This document shows, one piece after another, positions 29,597 through 40,834 of a DNA stretch of 64,000 nt. This DNA is from Geosiphon pyriformis uo1. Its lineage: Eukaryota; Fungi; Glomeromycota. The stretch is from assembly GCA_016748015.1 (NCBI GenBank), contig JAAOMT010000523.1, forward strand, positions 1,413,595 through 1,477,594, written 5' to 3'. The first letter of the stretch is position 1, and each line of letters opens with the position of its first letter. The notes under the pieces were generated by a model, which did not search any database, was not told the DNA's origin, and worked only from the letters and a program-made list of their open reading frames with translations. The position numbers and the translations under genes are program-made.

Positions 29597-30925
29597 CAGG
29601 GGGGTATATAATATGTTATATAAAAGAATTAACTTATGAATCGTTAATTTTTTATTATTATATTAAAATAAATGTTAGTATTTTGTTTGACCCCCATTTG
29701 CTTCAAGAATAGCTTGAACTCGACGTGGCATAGACTTGATCAAATTACGATAGTAATTTACAGGTATCCCATCCCATTCTTCCTTAACCCACTGTTCCAA
29801 TTGTACAATATTTGAGTGTTGTGAATTACGTTGACGAATTTTAACTTCAATATATGACCAAAGATTTTCTATTGGAGTAATATCAGGACTTTGTGCTGGC
29901 CAAGGAAGTAATTCAACATTTGAAGAGGTAAGAAAAGAACGCGCGACTTTTGATGTGTGGATTGGTGCATTGTCTTCCTGAAAAAAAAACTTTTTTTAGC
30001 TTTTTTTGCATGAAGTTTTACCGTAGGAATTGCATAATTAGCCAAGGTTTCGCGGTGTATAACTCCAGTAATATGACCAACCAAAGAAACTAAAGGACCC
30101 AAACCAACCCATGAAAAACATCCCCAAAACATGCGACCAAAGCTTTTTCTAACTGTGGCTGCAATACAATCCTTATGAAACTCTTCGGAAGGTTTACGCC
30201 ATACACGTCCAAATCCTGTAGTTCTAAATTGTGTATATGTAGATTCATCTGACCAAAAAACTCGTTTAAAATCTTCTACTGTCCAATTTTCATAAGTACG
30301 AGCCCATTGTAAACGTTTTTCTTTATTTGATTTGGAAATTAATAGCTTGAGACGAGGAATACACGAGCGAAGTCCTTGAGCTAATCCATTTCGAATAGTT
30401 TGTATAGAAATAGATTTGTTGGTATCTTTAATAAAATTTAATCGTATTTGAGAAAGAGATTGGCGGCGGGTTTCTTTATTCTCCATTATTGAATATTTGA
30501 GTTGTTCACGTGCGCGTTTGTCAAGAATTTGTGGTCGGCCCGTTCGTTTTTTAGGAAGTTTTTTTTAGCTCGTATGACTTCCATACACGTATTACAGAAG
30601 AACGTGAACATCTAATAGTCGTGGAAATCTCACTGTTTGTATGTCCTAACTTTTTTGCTGAAATAATCCCTCCTTTTTGGTATTCAGAAAGTTCTTTTCC
30701 AAGACATATTTGATGCGGTAAATTTTTTCACAAGAATGTTTGATATTTTATATATACACATATGATTCACTGTTGTGTTTTACAAGGACGCGATTTATGT
30801 TAATTTGTAGATTATAACTATAAGTAATTATAAAAAAAATTATGGCTTAAATTGGTAATGGTATTACAATATATAGCCTTTTTTATATATTATATTAAGT
30901 GTCCAATACTTTTTATACCCCCCTG
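29597..30925 (-). mobile_element. Tc1-family DNA transposon (DD34E), near full length, transposase frameshifted
   Basis: Termini CAGGGGGGTATA...TATACCCCCCTG|TA (left TIR internally deleted). Peptides KELSEYQKGGII, RTGRPQIL, FWSDES, QEDNAPIH...WPAQSPDITPIE with 34 residues between the second D and E. Confidence 0.92.
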
Positions 30926-32129
30926 TATATGCAAAAGAAGTAACATTTTTAGAGAACTAGTTTTAATCCTTGAAACATTGAAAACTTTAATATGGAATCG
31001 CTTACTTGGAGTTTTAATAACTTTTCTAGCTAGATCTAGGAAATGGGAAAATCCGATCCAAAAATTAATTGAAAAGGTTTCAATTCTGGTTATCTCCCTT
31101 CTTAAAGTTTTGGAAAATTCAAGTTTTTTTTTTAGTCATGTAAAACAAACGAAAATATTTACCAATAAATAAAATAAAAATTTCTATCTGAAATACTTTT
31201 GGAACTTTTGGATTTTGAAGTGATCAAATTTATTACATGTTTCATAAAATTGAGGAATAAAAAAGTTTCGTTAAAAACTGTCTTGCTTTCATAAATTCAA
31301 AGAGATTTAATTAATCTTTATATGTACAATCATATTTTTATCTATCATTTATAATTATTTTAAAAATACAAAACTTCATACTAGTTTAAAATATCAATTT
31401 TATTTTGGTATGGTGGATAGTTTACCTCTTATTTTTTCTTCTCTTTAAGTCAAATAAGCTTAGATTTTTTTCATATACATTACATTTCTTTTATATCATT
31501 TAACTATAGCATTTTGTATTTGTTTTTTTGAGTTAATATGTTGAGCTTTTTATTTTTTCATTTTATTAATTTGTTTAAGAATATTTAAAGTAAAATTTTA
31601 AATAAATAATTTTAAAAATAATATAGATTCCAAATTAATTATATTCATTTTAATAAACAATATAATTAATATTATATTATTTAATATTAATATTGTGTTT
31701 ATATGTGTTTGGTAAACATTTTCATCACTTTTTAAATTATGTGAGAAAAAATATAATTAAATTTATTTGATAATTTTTAATTCATTCTATTAAATTATTT
31801 TACATTGATTTTTAATTAATGTTTTTCTATCAAATAACAGTTTTTGGATTTCAAATGAAATTTTGAAATTTTTTTTAAATAATAATAATAATGATATAAG
31901 AAAATTACTCATAAATTAAATCATTTTACATTTACTTAAAAAATATCAACCAAATAAAATTTAAATTCTGTTGATACTAACCAAATGTAAATGAAACAAG
32001 AATTTTTTTTTGCAAAGTAATATTTTTAGTAGTCATTAACCTTCCATAGAAATCTTTTTGATAAATACTTTAAAAGTTTTTTAGAACTCGAATCCCCTTT
32101 ATTACAATACATCGTAAAAGTATTCGATT

Positions 32130-32965
32130 TCCATAACTTCATAAATAGGTAAAATAAATGATTTTTTTTTATTTGATGGTCATGGAATAACATTATCATT
32201 TTCCTTCTTCCAATGAGCCACTTTTTTCGAACAACTCATCTTCCTACAAAACTCACTCTATAGAATTTTTTCCTAAAAAGCATATTAACAGATGAAAGAA
32301 GATCTTGTAGTTATAACCATAAAATTAGCATTGATATTGTGTTGGAAGCTAATCAGTCTATCAAAGCCTGAAACTGAAAAAATCCCATAATTAACTTTTA
32401 ATGGGTGCTTTACAGACCTGAACAATTTTATTCGTTCAAGAAATTGTCAAACTTTTAATTTTGATTGGTTTAGAAGAATTTAATTTTATCTGAAAATATA
32501 ACTTGATTCCCAGTCAAAATCTTTATAATTTTTCCCTATTGTAAACTTTTTTCTTGTATTTGTTTGTGAATAAAAGTTTGGAAAGTTTAGTCATATATTT
32601 ACCCTCACCTTCATTTAAACGTTGTTGAATAGTGTCCACACTAATGTCAACCTTTTGTTTTTCATTCCGTTGGTATATCAGTGGCGGTTAGATTAATTGC
32701 TTTTTTTTGCAAGTTGTACAATTTTGACATCTTGGTCTGGGGTTATAATTTGGTTTCAGCCAGACTTTGGTTGGTCACTTAGGTCTTTTCCTCCCACCTT
32801 TTCTAGAATCGATGTAATTTGTTGTAGCTTGAAGTCCAAGTGTTGGGCCTTTGGGATGTTTATTTAAAAAACGATTTTTCTTTTGGAACTTGATGATCAT
32901 AAAAAAGGTGTGAATGATTTACAAAGAGCTAATGGGGGAGGTTTGGATACTTTTGCGGTTCACTG
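32130..32965 (-). mobile_element. Degraded Tc1-like transposon remnant
   Basis: Terminus TA|CAGTGAACCGCAAAAGTATCC at 32965. Minus-strand fragments QIITPDQDVKIVQLAKK, VDISVDTIQQRLNE, SKKVAHWKKENDNVIP*PSN. Confidence 0.65.
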
Positions 32966-33249
32966 TATTTCACCAATCTTTTTAAATTTACGAAAAATGT
33001 CTGTTTTACGATTAAATCTAAAAGAAGCGAATTGTCAAACCCAAGTAGTGTAACCAAATAAAGCTTCGCATAAGTCCGGGGTTTTTGATAACAGAAAACT
33101 TATTGCCACTTTTTCTTTTGCTCTGAGCCAAATACGAATATCAGATAAATCTACTAAGATTGCGTTTGTTTTAACCATTTTTGGTAAGTTTTGTGACGGT
33201 AAAAATGGAAGGTAAGTGGCTGAGCTCTAAAAAAAAATTCTTGTGTATT

Positions 33250-33963
33250 AGAGAGTTTGCGCTACAATGATTTCTTTGTAAATTTACTTCTAGCAGTCCC
33301 AAATGGAATTCCTTGTAGTACAGAGTTTGCGCTACAATGATTTTCTTTGTAAATTTATTTCTGCAATTGGCTAGTGATGTCACCTAATTTTAATGCAAAC
33401 GCGTATCAAATCTCCGAGAACTTGACTTTTGACAGCCTGCGAATGGCTACACTTCTGCTACTACTTCATAAGCGTCAACAGCAACTGGCCATAACAATGA
33501 AGACAATATTTGAACCTGAACGTCCATTGATTCCCAATACGAGACTTGATCTAAATGCACTTGATGAGGGAACGTGTGTAGCATTTTTCCGGTATGAAGA
33601 TTAAAGTTTTATATGATTAATGTGACAATAATGTTTTGAAAAGTATATTGAAGATAGATTCAACAAAACACAGATAGAACAACTTGTTGAACACTTCCGA
33701 ATTCCATCAGTTAGTATAGTGAATGCTTATTCACTAACAATAAAAATGGTCCAGTCTTAAAATAGGTTCGAGAATATCTCTCTAAGGTTTGGACATATTG
33801 TAAGACATACCTTGTCAGCTTTTGGGCTACAGATTGCAAAAAATTAGATAACAAAAATCTCTTACTTGTACAAAGAATTCCGGTTTTAAATTTCTTTGTA
33901 CAAGCCACAAATTTGTGGCTACAGGTAAATTTACAAAGAAAATCATTGTAGCGCAAACTCTCT
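33250..33963 (+). mobile_element. Non-autonomous PIF/Harbinger-group (PHIS, Pangu-like) element, 714 bp
   Basis: TIRs AGAGAGTTTGCGCTACAATGATTT(T)CTTTGTAAATTTAC at both ends, 3-bp duplication ATT, second left-TIR copy at 33322. Internal intron-containing fragment RLDLNALDEGTCVAFFR|FNKTQIEQLVEHFRIP is typical of Harbinger-type transposase N-termini. Confidence 0.75.
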
Positions 33964-33998
33964 ATTAACTAATAATTTTTTTAAAACTTATCTTTGAA

Positions 33999-34897
33999 AT
34001 GCCGACTTCAAAGCAAGAAACGCAACGGCAAGTCGTATTACATTTTTGGAAGCAAGGAATACGAAAGGCGAAAGAAATACAGAATAAAACGAATATACCC
34101 CTTTCTACAATCTATAATATCCTCGAAAAACTCAAAAAAAAAAGAACAATAAAGCATACAACTGGTAATGGTTGGCCAAGAAAGATTATGGGAAATTTTT
34201 CGAAAGTATTAGTGCAGATTATTCGTAGAGATTCCTCAGTTTCGTCTAGATATTTAGCAATAAAGTTGGCTAAGAAGGGAATAAATATTTCTCATGTTAC
34301 TATTCAAAACCATTTATCCAATCTTAATTATAATAAAAGTCTTCCTAGAGCAACTCCAATGCTGACCAAAGAGCATAAGCGAAAACGTGTAGAATGGGCC
34401 AAAAAACACCGGAACGACGATTGGAAAAGAACAGTTTTTACTGACGAAACATCTTTTCAACTTTTTCAAAACACGGTAAAACGTTGGCATAAAGGTACTC
34501 GACCAATTCGTCCTATGCCTAAAGATCAAACAAAAATTCTCGCATGGGAAGGGGGGGGGGGGGTTTCTACGAAAAAGGAAAGACTAGTTTATTCTGTTTT
34601 GTTCAAATAATGAATGCTAATTTTATATAGATATTCTTTGTAACCAATTACCTGAAATTAGAGCAATGCTGGGGGATAATTGGCGATTCTAACTAGCAAG
34701 CTTGCCAAAGAATTTATTGGTGGGGTGGCCATCTAATAGTCCCGACTTAATTGGGTTAGTAGGACAATGAGGCGGCGTTGTGAAAGAATTTCCTATATGG
34801 TATTTGACTTTCTAATAATAGTTGTTTTATGTAATTTGGTACATTAGTTAAGACATAGTAATTATTTTTATATTTCCAATTTTTTCTTAACAGACTG
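33999..34897 (+). mobile_element. Tc1-like transposase (frameshifted, internally deleted) with right terminus at 34897
   Basis: HTH region, KRKRVEWAKKH, VFTDETSFQLF, WPSNSPDLI; frameshift in a G-run at about 34551; terminus ...CAGACTG|TA. Confidence 0.85.
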
Positions 34898-34968
34898 TAA
34901 TTCACACCTCAAGCTTTGGTTTATCCTGTGAAATACACCATTTTAAAGATATAAGCTAAATTGAAAAA

Positions 34969-36737
34969 ATGAAATTTCCGAAATCTATAAATTTTCTTTG
35001 TACTCTAACTTTTCTTCACCCGAAATTGTTAATTTCTGCTGAAATTCATCCTGAGCCACGATATTCTCATACCGCATCTCTCATAAAAGATAAAATATAT
35101 TTTATAGGTGGTCTTATCCAGTCTAATATTTTTTCTTATGATAGTTTTCGTTTAGATATAACTGGAGCTGCTCAACCATCGTTTCTGTATACCCAAATCG
35201 ATTTCCGAGGAATAGAAGACGGTTCAGCGAGTGTAGGAGATAGTGAAAGGATTTATTTATTTGGCGGCAATCAGGTTGTATTTAATTATTATGATAAATT
35301 TAAACAAATGAGAAGTATTTATAGTTTAGACATATAAAATTTTAAATATATTTTAGCAAACAGGCCCATCAAAAGATGTATTTGTCCTGTACACAGATCT
35401 TAACTTGCCCAAGTGGGAAAAACTTCCTTCATCTTCTCTCGACACCAATGAAGGGAATTGGTTAACACCTCGCACGCAATTTCAATCGGTTGTGAATAAA
35501 AGAGGTGAAATATATATGTGGGGTGGTCTTTCACCAAGTAGTGAAAGTGACGTGGACGGAAAAATATATAAATTTGATAGTGCGAGCCATGCTTGGAAAA
35601 TTACGTATGTAAATAGAGAGTTAAACCTTGCAAAAAATCCTGTGCGATTTGGACATACGGCAACAATTTTACAGGATGGACGTATTATATATATTGGTGG
35701 AAATGTCCATAATACCACATCCCAAGCACCACGCCTAAATGATGTCAGTATGAGAATAGAATCAAAACATTGAAAATTTTTAGCTTTCAAATCTGACAAT
35801 ATTCTTTATTTAGATTTTGATCTTTGATACAGTGATTTTAAAATGGGATAATGAGGTAAGCTATTCGTAAATCCAATGGAATTAGTAAAAACAACATTAA
35901 AATTAGCTTTTTTTTTTACAGATTACAGACAGTAGTTTTGGCCCATGGGATCTTGTTGCTAGATGGCATCATTCAGCCGTCTTAGGTATCTGAAATTTCT
36001 ATTTTTTCGACTCTTAAATTTAGAAAAATCTTTGAAATGACAACTGATTCCTAATTTTCAAAATATATTTCAGCCCCTAACCAGTACGATATTATAATAT
36101 ATGGTGGGACTGGATTGGAGGGGGCTTACTATCAATGATCAGTAATACAAATTCATTGCTAGTATTAGATACAAGAGATTTTTCATGGTCGGTTCCCATA
36201 ATTGATGGTTTTACTCCTGACCCTATACCATCTAGACATACAGCTACTTTATATAAGAATTTTAGGATTGTGACATTTGGTAAGGAGATTTTATGTTCTG
36301 AAGATAAAAATTCTTGATCGAAAATTAACTAATTTATAATTTTTGCCATTCCAAAAATATCAGGCATTAGAAATCATACCGCGAGTTCAGAGCTAAATAT
36401 CCTCGACCTATCAAATAATCGTTTCACCTGGTTTAAGGGATCTATTCCTCCTTCTGATCCTAATCATAATATCAATATTGTGGTTTTGATTGGTGCAATC
36501 GTTGGCGGTGTAGGCGTCTTGATCATTCTAGGCGTAGCATTTTATTTGTTTTACATCCGTAAAATTCGTAAAGCAACAAGAGGTATTGAAAATGTAAGCG
36601 AAGTAGTTAATCCAAGACCAACGTTTCCTTCGGCTCCAATCATTCAACATAATCCCATGTATGATAATCTATCTCAACGGTTCCCGCAAGGAAACGCCCC
36701 TGTTGGAAATAGGTATTATGCTAGACCAAACTTTTAA
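34969..36737 (+). CDS. Kelch-repeat (galactose oxidase-like beta-propeller) single-pass membrane protein, 6 exons; 1-bp frameshift as assembled
   Basis: Signal-like N-terminus, PRYSHTASL..KIYFIGG, RFGHTATILQDGRIIYIGG, RWHHSAVL, SRHTATLY, TM segment LIGAIVGGVGVLIILGVAFYLFY then basic RKIRK; frame break in the G-run at 36120-36124. Confidence 0.82.
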
Positions 36738-37330
36738 CTAAATTTCCTCAGAATAGCCTTTGGGATCAAGGAGTTTTTCGGCTATTCTGTCGTTTGCCAT
36801 GATACCTATTGGTTTATTATTTTTAGTTGGTCTATATTCTTGTTGGTCTATAACGAGGAAACAAAATACCAATAAATTCTGATTCTGATAAGAACTATTG
36901 GTTGGCAACTCGGATTCTTTTTTAAACAATTTTACTGCTTCCTTGCCCAATAAAAATTCTATCTTTGCTCTCATCTCCTTGACCATGTCGCCAATCTCGA
37001 TTCAAGTGGCTTCATCCATCGCTTGAATATCGTTAGACAACTTGGCTTTGGTGGAGATGGTTATCACTCCTGTTAAAACTTCCCGAGTTAAAGGTAGGCA
37101 TTTCTTTGCCATCGTTTTCATGTAATTTAGCAATTATCTTTACTCTTTTATGCAATGATTTTGTCTTGATTAGATTGTATTTTCTCCTTGTTTTCAGCAA
37201 AGTTTCGGCCTACCTCATACTTATATTTATATGGCACCTTCGTGGAACCATAATTTTCATTATATTTAGGAACAACTCTGCAATAGAAATTTTGAGGGAT
37301 ATTTTGCGCAGCCAATTCCCCTTTTTGGGA
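36738..37330 (-). pseudogene. Disrupted intronless K/E-rich ORF of unknown family
   Basis: Consecutive open stretches (KRELAAQNIPQNFYCRVVPKY..., KKCLPLTREVLTG...DEAT*IEIGDMVKEMR...) broken by TAA, a frameshift and TGA. Confidence 0.4.
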
Positions 37331-38100
37331 TCATTTCAAGAACCAAGAACCAAGAAAAATGAAAAAGAATAGAGAATTATAAATTGCCAGTTTAGGGCTT
37401 ACTGTTACTTATTCATATCATTATACAGAGATACCCTATGTCGTTACTACCCTTTTGTTTTTCTCATTAAGAATACATCAAATTCAAGAACCAAACTTAT
37501 ATATGCTCATTTTTTTCATAGAAAAGTATTCTGTGCCCTGAAAATGAGGGTATTTTCCTATGTCAACCGGAGTTATAAGACTATCTCTGAAATAGAAAAA
37601 TGGTAACACGAATTATTTTATATGTATTGACACACACTTCGCCTGAACCCATATGATGTCGCAATTTTTGGAGTCGCCAATGGGTGACCATGGGAATCAA
37701 TAAGTGCGAAATAATGGAATAGAATCCAAATTTGTGGTTCACTGTCAATGTATAGAGCGAGCAGCATTACGAATTAATAATAATAATTAATTTTCTGTTT
37801 ACTAACATATTGCCAAAGTCCAAATTACTATCGATATTAGTGTAAGACTCCTAGGTCTAATTAAATGCAGAGCCGGTGTTGAAGCTCACTGATATAAAAT
37901 CAGTACATAGTGAATGTAGCAAACCTGCAAAATAAATTATATTATCCTTCTCATTAGCAACGATCTCTATATCAGCATCTTGTTTATCCTTTCGAGAATT
38001 GGTTCTTCTTTCCTCGTGCATCATTAGCTCGATCAGTGAATATTTTTTTAAAACAAAAGCAATTAAACGATCTCTAGAGTGGGAAGTCTTCAATTAAGGT

Positions 38101-38286
38101 CGGCCACCGATTGATAGCGACTCGCCATAACTAGCTTCCGACAGGTCCCAACCCTGCCGCAGACGCCTTTCATGTCAACAAACCCCACAATAGTTCTGCG
38201 CAATGAAATCAGCCGGCCACCGCTCGATGGCAACTCGCCATAACTGGCTTCCGACAGGTCTCAACCCTGCCGCAGACGCTTCTTCA
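38101..38286. repeat. GC-rich direct repeat, two copies of about 72 bp starting 113 bp apart
   Basis: CGGCCACCG...ACTCGCCATAACT.GCTTCCGACAGGTC.CAACCCTGCCGCAGACGC at 38101 and 38214. Confidence 0.85.
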
Positions 38287-39360
38287 ATGCTCACCAGAAA
38301 CTACTGCTAACCTTCTTGAGAATTTTTATAATTGAGCCCACCTAGTGATAAAAGAAGGAAGTGTTCAAGAACTAAGTATATCAAGTGCGGGAGTAAAGAA
38401 CGCAAAACGTGTGCACGCACAATCTAGAACTCAATGAATTGTGGAGAAGGCAATTATTATTGAATGCGTACTCTGGAGGCACAAACGTTTACAGCGCGTT
38501 ATCTATCGCTGGTCGGAGCAAAGGTAAAAGCACAAATTGTGGAGAAGGTGATCAAAAAACAACCTATCAGTTGTCATGTTGCCCGTGAACAAATCTAAGC
38601 ACTAATGGCGATTACGTAATTTCATTCAAAAACAATTACAACCTAAAAAAGAATATTTTTAACACGTGCCTGCAAGTCACCATGTTTTTATTTAAATTTT
38701 GTTTCCTATGAATTGCTTTTATCAAAAGAAATTTAAAGTATTGCAAAATTCACCTAGGAAAAAGTTGTTTTTGGTCTTAACTTTTAATTGAAAGTAAATT
38801 TCGCAAATAGCTTCTCATGAGTTCTTTTTTGAGGAGCTAAGCATAAATAATAAACGCTATCACTTAAAATCTTGTAATTATGATTCAATCCTATTTTAAA
38901 TAAAGATAACCTAACATCTTGCCAATCTAAATATATTTTCTTCGAGGGCTGACAAGGCCATCCGTGATGAAGAGATTTTAAAGTTTTAATTCCGAGCATG
39001 CCATTTATTATATTTTCAGAAGGAAAAGTCGCTCTTAATTTGTTTGCTCTCTCGTTCGTTTAATGAGTCCTTCAAAAGGGCTCGAACGTGTGAAACCAAA
39101 AAAGATGGAGAAAATTGCCGAGTTAATAATCGTTGAGATTGAGGGCCCATTTCAAAACTTTCCTATTAAAATATTTTGAAATAGGAATTTCTTAGCGAAA
39201 TTCTGGATAATTATAATTCAATTTTCACTTATTTCGAAAAAGCAATTGCATTTCTTTTAATCATTCATTGATGATATAAAACTCTAAAATCTATAAAAGC
39301 AACTATAAAAAGACAGTAGAAATCGTTTACTTATCATGAATGAATGAATGAATGAATTAA

Positions 39361-40518
39361 TTAATTAATTAAACCACCTATTTCCCAATAACCATCAAAT
39401 TCACCTTTTTTAAAAGCGCTCAGGAAGCATCTAAAAGAATAATGAAGATCTCGTGTAAAAGTCCAGTCTTTGATTCCGGAATATATTCTTCCCAATGTCA
39501 TTAAACTTTCCCCATTTCCTCCAGCGGCAGACTTTTTATACCAATAGAAAGCTTTCATCAAATCTCGCTTGCAACCTTTTCCGAATTCATAAGATTCTCC
39601 TAATTTATTTTGCCCATCAACGTCATCATTTAAAGCTGATTTCAGATACCAGTAATGAGCCATTTCTTTATTTTGCTCAATCCCAATTCCTCGACTGTAA
39701 CAATAGGCAAGATTATATTGACCACATTCATCACCAGCCTGAGCTCCCATTTGATACCAATAAACAGCCAGGGAATTATCTTCTAGGACGCCAGTGCCGT
39801 CTTGATAACAGCATCCTACTGAATTGTAAGCCATACTATTTCCAGCTCGTAGAGATTTTTTAAACCAATAAAATGCCGTTTCATAATTTACTTCAACTCC
39901 AGTTCCGGCATGATAACAATGTCCCAGATTATATTGACCAGTGGTGAATCCTTGTAGGGCACTCTCGGTAAACCAATAAACGGCCAATTTTAAATCTTGT
40001 TTTATCCCTGTCCCATCTCGATAACATCTACCGAGAAAGTTTTGACTATAGGCATCACCTTCGTTTGCTAATATCGTATAATATTCAAATGCTTTTTGAA
40101 AATTTTTTTCGGTCCCAATTTCATATTCATAACAGAAGCCAACCAAGTTTAATAATTTTGGTGTTTGTTTTGCTTGTTGATGCAACTCTGCGAAGAATTC
40201 TGGGAGTTGAATCTGCATATTTCGATCATTGATCCATTGAATTATTTTTGGTGGTAGTTTTGGAAGATAGGTTCCTTGTTCAATCCAATTAAAAAATAAT
40301 TTAGAAACATCTTCTATCAGAACAGTATTAGGATCAAGTTTGGAGCTCATTTTTGAACCATCTTTAGTTGGAGCAAGGTAAGATTGATGGTAAGAAACTG
40401 GAGTCAAAATTTTTCGTTCCATATCTTGATTATTAGGGGTAGCCGTGTTTGGGATTGGAATCAATTGGTTTTTGGATGAAATAATCGGAACAGGCTCTCC
40501 TAAATCATTTGGGTCCAT
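39361..40518 (-). CDS. Sel1-like repeat protein, intronless, 385 aa
   Basis: About 7 Sel1 repeats (GQYNLGHCYHAGTGVEVNYETAFYWFKKS etc.). Confidence 0.93.
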   Translation of the reverse strand: MDPNDLGEPVPIISSKNQLIPIPNTATPNNQDMERKILTPVSYHQSYLAPTKDGSKMSSKLDPNTVLIEDVSKLFFNWIEQGTYLPKLPPKIIQWINDRNMQIQLPEFFAELHQQAKQTPKLLNLVGFCYEYEIGTEKNFQKAFEYYTILANEGDAYSQNFLGRCYRDGTGIKQDLKLAVYWFTESALQGFTTGQYNLGHCYHAGTGVEVNYETAFYWFKKSLRAGNSMAYNSVGCCYQDGTGVLEDNSLAVYWYQMGAQAGDECGQYNLAYCYSRGIGIEQNKEMAHYWYLKSALNDDVDGQNKLGESYEFGKGCKRDLMKAFYWYKKSAAGGNGESLMTLGRIYSGIKDWTFTRDLHYSFRCFLSAFKKGEFDGYWEIGGLIN

Positions 40519-40783
40519 TTTTCATTTTTTGATAAGTCATTAAAAATTAGGGAATGAAAAGAGTGTTAATATATTTTCCTATTGTTTGTTGTGCAATTAT
40601 ATCATCACAGTATGCTGATCAGTAAATGCAGAGATGGTCTATATTGAAGCTTAAAAAATTTTAATTTTCAAAGGTCCAAATGATATACCATTATTTAATC
40701 TGATTAGTAAATTAAAAAACGAATAAAATTTGTATTCTAAAGGGTTGCAAACACTTTTGATTTTTTTTATCAACAACAACATC

Positions 40784-40834
<51 letters not shown>

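Noticed and set aside
33250-33360. Tandem 36-bp repeats as a CRISPR or regulatory array
   Set aside because: Explained as a duplicated transposon TIR with an inverted partner at 33926-33963.
38101-38286. CRISPR-like repeat-spacer array
   Set aside because: Only two long imperfect copies, eukaryotic context, no cas genes.
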